Assembly: GCA_964426815.1 (NCBI GenBank)
Contig: CAYRRZ010000001.1
Span: forward strand, 6,152 to 52,060
Direction of reading: 5' to 3'
DNA length: 45,909 bases
From: an uncultured Gammaproteobacteria bacterium
GTDB taxonomy: Bacteria; Patescibacteriota; Patescibacteriia; 2-12-FULL-60-25
Positions 8,308 through 17,744 of this stretch are shown here, one piece after another. The translations under genes were made by a program, and so were the position numbers. A model generated the notes under the pieces. That model saw nothing but the letters and a program-made list of their open reading frames with translations, ran no database searches and was not told the DNA's origin. Each line of letters starts with the position of its first letter. Position 1 is the stretch's first letter.

Positions 8308-9729
8308 TTAGAGAAAAAACATTTTCTTGGCAGCAAACCAACACATACGGAAGAGTAACATCCCATCGCGAAACCGATTAATTTGCGTCTCGCCATAGAC
8401 ACGGCTCTTATAGTGAACCGGGACTTCTTGAATCTTTAGGCCAAGCTTTGCTGAGCCGAAAATCAAATCGAAATCTCCAAATGGATCAAAGTCGCCAAAG
8501 AAGACACGACCAGCGGCTAAGCGCTCATAGTCCTTACGCCACATGCACTTGGTGCCGCACAAACTGTCGGACATGGTTTGACCAAGCAAGAGACTAAAAA
8601 TAGCTGCAAAGGTCTTGTTCCCGATCCAATTCAGTGGACGCATCGCTTCTTGTTCCATCGGATAGATCAAGCGCGTACCTTGCACATATTCACCACGACG
8701 ATCAGCGAGCAATTGATAGAAGCGAGGCAATTCTTCAGGCATCACGGTAAGGTCCGCATCCAAAATCATGAGGATGTCGTTTTTTGCTTCACGAAAGCCA
8801 ACACGCACTGCATCCCCTTTTCCTTTGCCTGTTTGTTGAAATGCTCTAACTTCAAATGGCCACGATTCTTTCATGACTTGCTGAATCTCACTCCAGGTTT
8901 CATCTTTTGAATGACCTTCGACGAAAATAACTTCGAGCTTACCTGGAAAGCGCGGCATGCGCTGGAGCGCTGCGCGGACATTTCCTTTTTCATTACGCGC
9001 CGGAATAATCACGCTGACAGACGGAGCTTCGGTATAGGTAACCGGTGGCGCTTTGCGGCAAATAAAATATTCAACCATCGCCAAGCGATTTAAGAGCGGC
9101 AAATGCGACAAGACGCGATTGAAGACAAATGCCACACCCGGAATTCCAATCGGACACAACATGAATTTCCCCTGCTGCACCACTTCGAGCCCGGCCAAAC
9201 CTAAGACCATTTCAGTCTGTTGGCGGGTTAACCAATTTGAATAGCGGCGTGGCTGAGCTAAACCAAAAACCGAAGCCAGACGAAAAATCGGACCCCAAAA
9301 TGGATTTGTCTTTGTTAAGATGACGCGCGTTTCTGGCTGACACAATTTTTCAGCTACTTGTTCCATGGTGCCCTGGATGTCCTGAAGATACCCGAGTAAA
9401 TCCGTAGCGACCACATAATCAAAATTTGAAGCGATCGGAGGCAGGGGCTGGCTCAAATCATGCAATACCCAACGCCCATCCGGATGACGATCTTGAGCCA
9501 TCTTTAACATGCGTGGGCTAAAATCAATACCAACGGCATGAGAAGGCTTAAGACTCATGATCTGCTCACCTCCAGCAGAACCAAGCTCAATAATGCTTTT
9601 TCCAGACGGGATAAGATAAGACAACCAACGCTGAATGTACGCGTAGTAATAGGCCTGCTTTTTGCGCTGACGATCATAGATCGGCGCAATATCTTCAAAG
9701 TGTTCGAGATGGCTTTTTATCATAGTCAT
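8308..9729 (-). CDS. Bifunctional fusion: N-terminal class I SAM methyltransferase plus C-terminal GT2 glycosyltransferase
   Basis: N-terminal half has SIIELGSAGGEQ and DYVVATDLLGYL. C-terminal half has VSVIIPARNEKGNV ... ILMILDADLTV (DxD) ... CGTKCMWRKDY. Start placed at Met64 (9729) of ORF 8308..9918, 1 nt after the upstream TAG. Confidence 0.75.
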   Translation of the reverse strand: MTMIKSHLEHFEDIAPIYDRQRKKQAYYYAYIQRWLSYLIPSGKSIIELGSAGGEQIMSLKPSHAVGIDFSPRMLKMAQDRHPDGRWVLHDLSQPLPPIASNFDYVVATDLLGYLQDIQGTMEQVAEKLCQPETRVILTKTNPFWGPIFRLASVFGLAQPRRYSNWLTRQQTEMVLGLAGLEVVQQGKFMLCPIGIPGVAFVFNRVLSHLPLLNRLAMVEYFICRKAPPVTYTEAPSVSVIIPARNEKGNVRAALQRMPRFPGKLEVIFVEGHSKDETWSEIQQVMKESWPFEVRAFQQTGKGKGDAVRVGFREAKNDILMILDADLTVMPEELPRFYQLLADRRGEYVQGTRLIYPMEQEAMRPLNWIGNKTFAAIFSLLLGQTMSDSLCGTKCMWRKDYERLAAGRVFFGDFDPFGDFDLIFGSAKLGLKIQEVPVHYKSRVYGETQINRFRDGMLLFRMCWFAAKKMFFL

Positions 9730-9730
9730 C

Positions 9731-10663
9731 CTAGGTTTGTTGTTGAATATACCAATCAATCGTTTCACGAAGTCCCTGCTCAAATGGAACCTCTGCCGTA
9801 AAACCAAATTCTTTTTTGGCACGCGATACATCGAGGCAACGACGAGGCTGTCCGTCTGGTTTTGATGCATCCCATTTGATTTCACCGGTATACCCCGCCA
9901 AGCGCTTGATGGTTTCAATCAATTCTTTAATCGTGATTTCCATTCCGCTGCCAAGATTTACTGGCTCAGCGCCATCGTATAATTCTGTGGCTAAAACAAT
10001 GCCACGCGCGGTGTCTTTTGCATAACAAAATTCGCGACTTGCTGATCCCGTTCCCCAAACCTCAACAAAAGCATCACCTCGTTGCTTTGCATCGATGACT
10101 TTTTTAATCAGAGCTGGAATTACATGGCTCGAAGCTGGATCAAAGTCATCTCGAGGTCCATACAAATTGACCGGCAAGACATAAATCGCATTCATTCCAT
10201 ACTGCTTGCGATAGGCCTGCGCTTGCACCAGGATCATTTTTTTTGCCAAGCCATATGGCGCATTGGTTTCTTCTGGATATCCAAGCCAGATATCATCCTC
10301 TTTAAACGGAACAGGAAGAATCTTTGGATATGCGCATACCGTTCCAACCACGACGACTTTTTTTACATTTGCCTTGCGTGCGGCTTCAAGCAATTGAATG
10401 CCCATGATGGCATTGTCATAAAACAGGGTCCCTGGGTATTGCTGATTGAAACCGATTCCCCCGACACGAGCAGCCAGATGAATAACAGTATCGACATTGG
10501 ATACCAAGCGCTCACATGTCGCCATGTCACGCAAATCATCTTGCGGACGTTCCGGAATAATGATTTCAATATCTTGACCCCAACGATTACGCAAAGCTTC
10601 AACCACATAAGAGCCCAAAAAGCCCGCTCCGCCTGTTACTAAGATTCTTTTCGGTTGATGCAT
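9731..10663 (-). CDS. fcl: GDP-L-fucose synthase (GDP-4-keto-6-deoxy-D-mannose 3,5-epimerase/4-reductase)
   Basis: Motifs: [73 protein letters not shown]. This is the Fcl/WcaG block pattern. Start placed at Met20 (10663). Confidence 0.8.
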   Translation of the reverse strand: MHQPKRILVTGGAGFLGSYVVEALRNRWGQDIEIIIPERPQDDLRDMATCERLVSNVDTVIHLAARVGGIGFNQQYPGTLFYDNAIMGIQLLEAARKANVKKVVVVGTVCAYPKILPVPFKEDDIWLGYPEETNAPYGLAKKMILVQAQAYRKQYGMNAIYVLPVNLYGPRDDFDPASSHVIPALIKKVIDAKQRGDAFVEVWGTGSASREFCYAKDTARGIVLATELYDGAEPVNLGSGMEITIKELIETIKRLAGYTGEIKWDASKPDGQPRRCLDVSRAKKEFGFTAEVPFEQGLRETIDWYIQQQT

Positions 10664-10673
10664 AGGGAAGTGA

Positions 10674-11378
10674 TTATGAACGTCTAAAACGATAGCGCAG
10701 ACCGAGCAAAAAGGCCTCAATCATCGTATGAAAGCTCATCTTACTCTGTCCTTTTGAACGGTCAATAAAGGTAATTGGAATTTCGTGCATTCGTCCATTT
10801 GCCTTTTGGATGAGCTGTTTCATCTCAATTTGAAAAGCATACCCATTTGAAGCGATCTGGGCAAAGGGAATTTTCTCTAAAATGTCACGCTTGTATGCTA
10901 CGAAGCCAGCGGTAATATCTTTTGCCTGAATCTTGGTAGCCCAGCGCAAATAGAGATTTGCGGCGGAAGAGAGCAGGAGGCGATCGCGTGAAAATCCAGC
11001 AATGTCTCCACCCGGTATGTAGCGCGAACCAATAGCGATATCCGCTTGATGTAAAGCCTCAACCAGGTCAGGAATACGTTGCACGGGATGAGATCCATCC
11101 GCATCACACTCAATCACCGCATGACAACTTGGCTCCGCCAAAGCAGCCATGAAGCCTTGTATATAGGATCCTGCAAAACTGCGTGGAGATGCACGATGAA
11201 TCACACGCACCCGCGCATTGTGTTTCTTTTCAAGCTCGGCTAATACCTCTTTCGTTCCGTCTGTTGAGGCATCATCAACCACGATTACGCCACATTCTAT
11301 CGGCAAACCCAAAATCGCATCAACAGTTTGAGCGATGTTTTCGCGTTCTTGATAGGTTGGAATGACGACGGTGACCAT
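10674..11378 (-). CDS. Polyprenol-phosphate mannose synthase-like GT2 (Dpm1/Ppm1 type)
   Basis: 234 aa, soluble. Motifs: [36 protein letters not shown]. Confidence 0.75.
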   Translation of the reverse strand: MVTVVIPTYQERENIAQTVDAILGLPIECGVIVVDDASTDGTKEVLAELEKKHNARVRVIHRASPRSFAGSYIQGFMAALAEPSCHAVIECDADGSHPVQRIPDLVEALHQADIAIGSRYIPGGDIAGFSRDRLLLSSAANLYLRWATKIQAKDITAGFVAYKRDILEKIPFAQIASNGYAFQIEMKQLIQKANGRMHEIPITFIDRSKGQSKMSFHTMIEAFLLGLRYRFRRS

Positions 11379-11381
11379 AGC

Positions 11382-13649
11382 TTAATCCCGACGGTAGGCG
11401 ATGAGCGCGATATTATCACGCATGGGTAATGGGAGCGATATATCGGCTTTTGGATGCTTTTTTAGCCAAAGCTCACCATGTGACAATGCCTTGCTATTTA
11501 ACCAGCGCGCTGCGGTAGCAAAAACATATGACAATCGAAAAACCTTTGGAATTCGGCCAACCCAGGTAACGACATTCCCCTCTTGTTCAACCAATTGAAT
11601 AAGAGCCTTCTTTGAAAACAGGACGACATGCTCGGGCGGGCAAACAGCATGCCAATATTGACGCAACACGCGCCCCAGAACACTCCCCGCATCTGGCGTA
11701 TTTATGAGCATAGCTCCTCCAGGAGCAAGGCTTTTTAGAGCCTTTCGTAAAAATAAACGTGGCTCATCCACATGCTCGATTACGTCCAGTAAGCAGATGG
11801 CAGTGTATGTTGAAACTGGAAGCTGCTCGAGTGAAATATTCTCGACGATAACATTATTTGCTTTGGCCATTTCTGTAGCGGCTGGTGATATGTCTTGACC
11901 AGTAGCCTCCCAACCTCGCTCACTCGCCCATTTTACAAACATACCTGAAGCGGCGCCGATATCCAGCAATTTTGCCTGAGGCTTTCGATGTGGCTCAAGC
12001 AAATCAAGCATTTTTTCATATGTCGGGCGCGTGGCGATTTTATCCGCATTGTAACTTGCATAACCACCACCGGCGGCATTCCCTGAAAAATATGAATCCG
12101 CATAAAATGCCTTACGCTCAGCTTCACTCGGCATCGGATCGACGGTTAAAGATCCACATGAATGACATTTCCAGACGGAAAACTGTTTTCTCTTTCCAAG
12201 AAGGCGTGTCCAGAATAAAGCCCCACAGGCTTGGCACAATATCTTCTTTTCACCCTTGCTCCTCTGTCGTTCAACTATGGTTACTGCGCTTAGTACTGCG
12301 AGTGGAATCTCGATAAAGATAAACTGCGAACGATATCGACCATCAGCTTGAGCGGCTGCATTTAAAGAAAGAGCGACAATGCCGAGCATGTAGAACCAGG
12401 AAAAGAAAAGAACGTGACGATGTCCAGTAGACTTTTTCCAGAGTACGATGGGAGAAATAAGGGCGAGTACAAAAGCGAGCAACCACACAAATCGCATACA
12501 CATAGCATACCCCCAAGGCGTAGCTACAAGACCAAACATTTTTTCCAAAAAAACCATCGGACCCTGTTGCAGCAGGGTGACGATTGGCGAAAAAGAAGGA
12601 TAGCCAACGTTAACCCATCCGAGCTCACGCAAAACGAGAATTGTATTATCTTGAGAAATGACCGTGATCGCAGCACTGATCTGTGAAATGAGAAATTCTC
12701 TTGGATACTTTTTTACAGCGACAACCGTTTCTTTTTGAAAGATTTCTTTATACGCATATCCATGCACATCCTGTTCTTGCACCGGAGATGCTTCAACGTA
12801 GCCCTTGTCGTGTAAACGCTGAAGATACTCAATACGCATCGAATCATATGACCGACCCGTTGAATATGCCTCAGCAGTTGCGGCGACGCGGGTGTAGAAA
12901 TTAAACCACCCGACATTTGAATAATCCCAAGATCCGAATAAAGAAGCGTTGCGATAAAGCCAAGGCAACACGATGATGATATATGCCGATACAAAGGCCG
13001 TAGCCACCTTTACTCCAGTGATACGAGCCTGTTTTTCGCGCACAAAGGCAGCTAGGGTAATCAAGGTAAATAATAGCGGAACGAACTGCACAATTGGGCG
13101 TGCAAGTGCCGCCGCACCAACCAATGCTCCAGCAACAAGCGACCATTTCCATGAGCGTTTTTCAAGCGCTTGAATGCTCGCCGCAATGCCTGATGCGATC
13201 AATGGTAAAAACACGGCCTCTGAACCAAGGATGCAGCTGTAATACCACAAGTTCAAATCAATGGATAAAATCAATCCAGCGACTAGCCATTTCCTTTTAT
13301 CAGCCGTATAGACGCGCATCAACTGCATTCCCACCAGCGGGATACCTGTTGCCAGGATGACAGACGGGATCAAGCTCGCATACGGCGTTCCAAATACTTT
13401 CATCGAAGCCCATAAAAACCAGGGATATACCGGTGTACGAATTGTGTCGGCTATAAACGGGGCTTCCAGGCGCAAGCTAAAGCCATTGCCTCGTAACAAG
13501 TTTGTCGCGATCGCAATGTACTGACTTCCATCGGTTGCATGCGTCAAAACATACCCCTGGATCCATAAAACAATAAAAAAAATACTATGAATCAAGAGCG
13601 TCCAAATCCAAAGACTGAGAAATGGCCGCCGCAAGATTCGGTCGAGCAT
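11382..13649 (-). CDS. Fusion: GT-C-like (ArnT/PMT_2-type) membrane glycosyltransferase + CxxC..CxxC zinc ribbon + class I SAM methyltransferase
   Basis: About 480 aa of multi-TM sequence carries the loop motif HATDGSQYIAIATNLLRGNGF. This is followed by CQACGALF...KCHSCGSLTVDP, then LLDIGAASGMFVKW, ICLLDVIEHV and LAPGGAMLINTPD. Start placed at Met12 (13649), 2 nt after the gmd stop. Confidence 0.7.
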   Translation of the reverse strand: MLDRILRRPFLSLWIWTLLIHSIFFIVLWIQGYVLTHATDGSQYIAIATNLLRGNGFSLRLEAPFIADTIRTPVYPWFLWASMKVFGTPYASLIPSVILATGIPLVGMQLMRVYTADKRKWLVAGLILSIDLNLWYYSCILGSEAVFLPLIASGIAASIQALEKRSWKWSLVAGALVGAAALARPIVQFVPLLFTLITLAAFVREKQARITGVKVATAFVSAYIIIVLPWLYRNASLFGSWDYSNVGWFNFYTRVAATAEAYSTGRSYDSMRIEYLQRLHDKGYVEASPVQEQDVHGYAYKEIFQKETVVAVKKYPREFLISQISAAITVISQDNTILVLRELGWVNVGYPSFSPIVTLLQQGPMVFLEKMFGLVATPWGYAMCMRFVWLLAFVLALISPIVLWKKSTGHRHVLFFSWFYMLGIVALSLNAAAQADGRYRSQFIFIEIPLAVLSAVTIVERQRSKGEKKILCQACGALFWTRLLGKRKQFSVWKCHSCGSLTVDPMPSEAERKAFYADSYFSGNAAGGGYASYNADKIATRPTYEKMLDLLEPHRKPQAKLLDIGAASGMFVKWASERGWEATGQDISPAATEMAKANNVIVENISLEQLPVSTYTAICLLDVIEHVDEPRLFLRKALKSLAPGGAMLINTPDAGSVLGRVLRQYWHAVCPPEHVVLFSKKALIQLVEQEGNVVTWVGRIPKVFRLSYVFATAARWLNSKALSHGELWLKKHPKADISLPLPMRDNIALIAYRRD

Positions 13650-13651
13650 AC

Positions 13652-14692
13652 TTATGGCTGATGACGATATTGAGCACGCCAATCGAGCAAGTCTTCAGGA
13701 ACTTCAAAGTTCGGCTGAATGCCTTCGCGACGCAAATCAGCAGCGAGCATTATTTTAATTAAATCGTGAAACGTTACTTTCGGCTCCCAATTTAATTCTG
13801 TCTTTGCTTTCGTAAACTCCCCTTTCAGAACGTCGACTTCGGTTGGACGGTAATACAGTGGATCGATTCGCACGATATCATCGGTTTTTAATCCGACAAG
13901 AGATGTAGCTAGATCAACCATTTCGCGAATTGTATGTGTCTCATTTGTTGCGACAACATAATCCCCCGGCTTTGTCTGCTGGACCATGCGCCACATCGCT
14001 TCGACATATTCAGGCGCATATCCCCAGTCGCGTTTTGCATCTAAATTTCCGAGGAATAATTCTTTTTCTTTTCCGGCGACGATCTTAGCAACGGTACTCG
14101 TAACTTTACGCGTCACGAATGTATCGCCACGGCGAGGACTTTCATGATTAAACAAAATACCATTACTTACATGCAGACCATATGCCTCGCGGTAATTTAC
14201 GGCATACCAATATGCAGCCACTTTTGCTACTCCGTATGGACTGCGTGGATAGAACGGCGTCTTTTCATCTTGTGGAGCTGGTGCGGCACCGAACATCTCA
14301 CTTGATGAAGCCTGATAAAAACGACATGGCACTTGAGACTCTCGAATCGCTTCAAGCAAACGAAGCGTACCGAGCCCCGTAACATCACCCGTATACAGAG
14401 GCGCATCAAAACTGACACGCACATGGCTTTGTGCGCCAAGCGCATAGACCTCGTCAGGCACAATACGCGCCAAAAGACGCGATAACATACTCGCATCGCT
14501 TAAATCTCCATAATGAAGAAACAAGCGCGTTCCTTCTTTATGCGGGTCTTGATACAAGTGCTCAATACGCGAGGTATTAAAACTACTGGAGCGTCGCATG
14601 AGACCATGCACTTCATAGCCTTTGGCTAAAAGCAATTCAGCCAAATAACTCCCGTCTTGTCCCGTAATGCCGGTAATGAAGGCCTTTTTCAT
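13652..14692 (-). CDS. gmd: GDP-mannose 4,6-dehydratase
   Basis: 346 aa. Motifs: [60 protein letters not shown]. Canonical Gmd pattern. Confidence 0.92.
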   Translation of the reverse strand: MKKAFITGITGQDGSYLAELLLAKGYEVHGLMRRSSSFNTSRIEHLYQDPHKEGTRLFLHYGDLSDASMLSRLLARIVPDEVYALGAQSHVRVSFDAPLYTGDVTGLGTLRLLEAIRESQVPCRFYQASSSEMFGAAPAPQDEKTPFYPRSPYGVAKVAAYWYAVNYREAYGLHVSNGILFNHESPRRGDTFVTRKVTSTVAKIVAGKEKELFLGNLDAKRDWGYAPEYVEAMWRMVQQTKPGDYVVATNETHTIREMVDLATSLVGLKTDDIVRIDPLYYRPTEVDVLKGEFTKAKTELNWEPKVTFHDLIKIMLAADLRREGIQPNFEVPEDLLDWRAQYRHQP

Positions 14693-14714
14693 GTGTCAAA
14701 GCTTACGGAAAAAG

Positions 14715-15815
14715 TCAAAAATGGGCAATAGCATCCACTAATACCTTATCAATCTCAATCGATTCTTTTAGAAGAAGGATAAATTTATGAGCTTCAGCCT
14801 CATAGATCGCTTGTTTTTCTTCATTCGGAAGCTGCTTCAAAGCGTATTGTAATTTTCTCAAAAGTTCATCAAACAAAAAGAAGGGTAATAAATTGATTTC
14901 CGAGCGCAATTTCGGGTTCTCAGAAAAATATCCTTTCAGGAAAATCCCCAAGCCTTTACCAAGGGTTTGCTGCCAGGGTTTCTCTTGAAAAATCACATAC
15001 TGCCTCACAAAGCGATGACAGGCGCTCGCCACCTCTCTCATTAATTGACTCACGCCAATTTCTTCAAAGTCTATTATTGCTTGACACTTTTCATTTTTAA
15101 AAAGAGTGTCATGTGGATGGAGACTGTTCCGCACAATGCCTTGCTGCGCAAATCCGAGTTCATTTTTTTTACTTTTGGCCTTGCGAACGCACAGGTCTAT
15201 CATCGCGAATTCAGATGAATACCGTTCAAACAATTTCGGCACATGCTCTTCGACATACTTCCACTGCTTCGTAAAACTCTCTTCATCCCACGCCACAGAT
15301 CCCTTGTCATTCTTTTTGATTTCTTCGGCAAAAGGCGATCGGTTCAATGCCACATGTAAGCGCGCAATGCACTTCGCAATCTCTTCAAGTTCATATTCCG
15401 TCCCCCTAAAATAATCACCCGGCACATATTCAAACATCTCCCATAAAAATCCGCCCCATTCTACCGGAGCATGTGTCTTGTGTGGATGAAAAATTTTTGG
15501 GACTGGAACGTCAGACTCTGCCATTTGTTCTATTACCTGGTTTATCATGCGAATTCTTTCCACGCGATGTATCGCAAGATTTTTTTTGAGAACAATTTCA
15601 CGCGCATCATTCGTACCAAAAAGAACGACAGTTTTAAAATTATTACTTCTCACTTCCCAAGCCCCGGACTGGAACATGTCGCCCTGAACCTGTAAACCAA
15701 ATCCCTCTTGAATTGCTCGAATAATCTCGTCACGCGTATCTACACCTACAGCGTTCCACTCAACCTGCCACTGACTATGATTATTCGGCAAAAAAAGATC
15801 AGTAGCAGACATCAT
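14715..15815 (-). CDS. ChoK/APH-fold small-molecule kinase (phosphotransferase enzyme family), substrate unknown
   Basis: 366 aa. Brenner-like catalytic loop LHPHDTLFKN followed by the IIDFEEIG metal-binding motif. ATGA overlap with the transketolase stop. Confidence 0.6.
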   Translation of the reverse strand: MMSATDLFLPNNHSQWQVEWNAVGVDTRDEIIRAIQEGFGLQVQGDMFQSGAWEVRSNNFKTVVLFGTNDAREIVLKKNLAIHRVERIRMINQVIEQMAESDVPVPKIFHPHKTHAPVEWGGFLWEMFEYVPGDYFRGTEYELEEIAKCIARLHVALNRSPFAEEIKKNDKGSVAWDEESFTKQWKYVEEHVPKLFERYSSEFAMIDLCVRKAKSKKNELGFAQQGIVRNSLHPHDTLFKNEKCQAIIDFEEIGVSQLMREVASACHRFVRQYVIFQEKPWQQTLGKGLGIFLKGYFSENPKLRSEINLLPFFLFDELLRKLQYALKQLPNEEKQAIYEAEAHKFILLLKESIEIDKVLVDAIAHF

Positions 15816-17719
15816 AGCTGAGCTCGCTGGACAGCTTGAGCAATTGCATCTGCATCAAGTCCATGATGTGCAAGAATCTCTTTTGCATTACCACAAGCTG
15901 GAATACCCGTTACGCCCAATGACACGATCTTTACCTTGATGCCGAACTGCTGCAGCTTGGATTGAATAAACATTCCTTGTCCATTTTCAAGATAATGATC
16001 GTCTACTGTCACAATCGTTTGAACGTTAGATAACGTGGCTTTTGCCCAAGCCTCGTCAATGCGATTAAGCCAAGGAAAATTCAGAACACCGACAGACACC
16101 CCTTGCTGCTCCAATTGCTGCGCTGCTTTTACAGCTTCAATTAAAAGAACTGGACCGTATGTGATAATCACATGCTCTTTTGCTTGACGCACCCATCTGC
16201 CCTTACCCAATTCAAGCTCGCTTGACGCATCGAGTACAAAATTATGCTCTTTTTTTACACTGCTCACACGTAAATAGGTACTTTCTTGATTCACGTTTAG
16301 CGCCCAATTCAGCGACTGTCTCATCTCCAGCTCATTTGCTGGTTCAAGTAAAATCAATCCAGGGATTGCACCTACGGATGAGATTGCGCGGACCTCTTGA
16401 TGCGAATGCCCTGGACCGGCAGGCAACAAGCCAGCGCCTGAACCAAAATATATCACCTTCTTTCTCCCTGGTGCCGACTGTTCAGTAGCCGCATTATAGA
16501 TCTGTTCATTCGGACGCGTACTAAGAAAACACCCCAATGAATGCATGATCGGGATTATCCCTCCCATTGCTAAGCCAGAGCCGATCGAAACCATGTCTTG
16601 TTCCGCAATTCCACATTCCAGAAAACGATCAGGAAATGCTTTTGAAAAAGGAATGAGGCCACAAGAACGAATGAGGTCGCCGTCCAAAACCATGAAGTCC
16701 GGATTATTTTTTCCCTGCTCCACGAGCTCCTGACTATATGCACGCACAAGCTCCTGCTGCTCTTTTGCCGCTTGCGTAAATTCAAACTCTTCCTCAGATA
16801 AAATCAAAGGATCGATCCCAAGCGATACGCACTGTCTTTGCAATTTAGGAATATACTCATCTTTTGCCTGGGTATACTGCGACTCTGTCAGCGTTCCTGC
16901 ATGAAACTTATAAAAACCATCATCCGCCATTTTTTCCATGAAAGATATCCCTTTGCCTTTTATCGTATCGGCGATGATAACAAGTGGCTTGCGTAGACCT
17001 TGATCCGTACGCATTGCGGCATCAATTGCCCGTACATCGTGACCATCACATGAACGAACCTCCCATCCGCAGGCTTGAAATTTAGCCGACAGATCCCCCA
17101 ATGAATGCACATCTTCAACAAATGAATCTGACTGGATTTTATTCCGATCAACGATAACCGTAATTTGCGCCAAGCCTTGATTTGCAATTGACTGTACCGC
17201 TTCCCAATTTTGCCCCTCCTGCAGCTCGCCATCGCCTGTAACAACAAATATCCTCCCGTTTAGACCGTTTTTTTGACGCGCAATCGCAATTCCATGCGCT
17301 TTAGATATTCCCATTCCTAAGGAACCTGTATTACAAATCATGTATGGCGATCGCGCATCTGGATGACCATCAAAACCTCCCAAACGTCGAAATGCATGAA
17401 TTTTTTCAAACGGTAATAGGCCAAGACCGGTCAGCAGGGCATAAAATGAAGGCGTATCATGTCCCTTTGATGAAAAGTATATATCCCCTTCATCCCGTGC
17501 CGTTGGTGCCACCTTGTGCATGATGGACAAAAATAACCAAGTAACAATATCAATCACACTCAAACTGGTGCCGATATGACCTGAGCCCGCCTTAACAATG
17601 GCATATATCGCGTTCCACCGACTCATGTCAGCTATCAAATGCGCTTGGGCATATCTATCGACTTGTGCCTGACGAATACGTGTAAACTCCATCTGTGGGA
17701 TATAAGTCAATTTTGACAT
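15812..17719 (-). CDS. Transketolase-family ThDP-dependent enzyme (fused N-terminal, pyrimidine-binding and C-terminal domains)
   Basis: 635 aa. Motifs: AGSGHIGTSLSVIDI, VVTGDGELQEGQNWEA (ThDP/Mg motif), ECGIAEQDMVSIGSGLA. Confidence 0.8.
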   Translation of the reverse strand: MSKLTYIPQMEFTRIRQAQVDRYAQAHLIADMSRWNAIYAIVKAGSGHIGTSLSVIDIVTWLFLSIMHKVAPTARDEGDIYFSSKGHDTPSFYALLTGLGLLPFEKIHAFRRLGGFDGHPDARSPYMICNTGSLGMGISKAHGIAIARQKNGLNGRIFVVTGDGELQEGQNWEAVQSIANQGLAQITVIVDRNKIQSDSFVEDVHSLGDLSAKFQACGWEVRSCDGHDVRAIDAAMRTDQGLRKPLVIIADTIKGKGISFMEKMADDGFYKFHAGTLTESQYTQAKDEYIPKLQRQCVSLGIDPLILSEEEFEFTQAAKEQQELVRAYSQELVEQGKNNPDFMVLDGDLIRSCGLIPFSKAFPDRFLECGIAEQDMVSIGSGLAMGGIIPIMHSLGCFLSTRPNEQIYNAATEQSAPGRKKVIYFGSGAGLLPAGPGHSHQEVRAISSVGAIPGLILLEPANELEMRQSLNWALNVNQESTYLRVSSVKKEHNFVLDASSELELGKGRWVRQAKEHVIITYGPVLLIEAVKAAQQLEQQGVSVGVLNFPWLNRIDEAWAKATLSNVQTIVTVDDHYLENGQGMFIQSKLQQFGIKVKIVSLGVTGIPACGNAKEILAHHGLDADAIAQAVQRAQL

Positions 17720-17744
17720 ATAACATGAGTCATTGTAACCGAAC

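Noticed and set aside
9730-9918. N-terminal extensions of track ORFs: 9730..9918, 10664..10720, 13650..13682, 29778..29798, 30934..31005, 32396..32428, 24695..24784, 25902..26009, 5136..5219, 5152..5199, 27700..27732
   Set aside because: The extensions overlap the preceding gene or the divergent intergenic region, and some begin with TTG. They encode non-conserved-looking sequence. In each case an internal ATG sits 1-10 nt after the upstream stop and immediately before the recognisable N-terminal motif, for example the GxGxxG of the SDRs.
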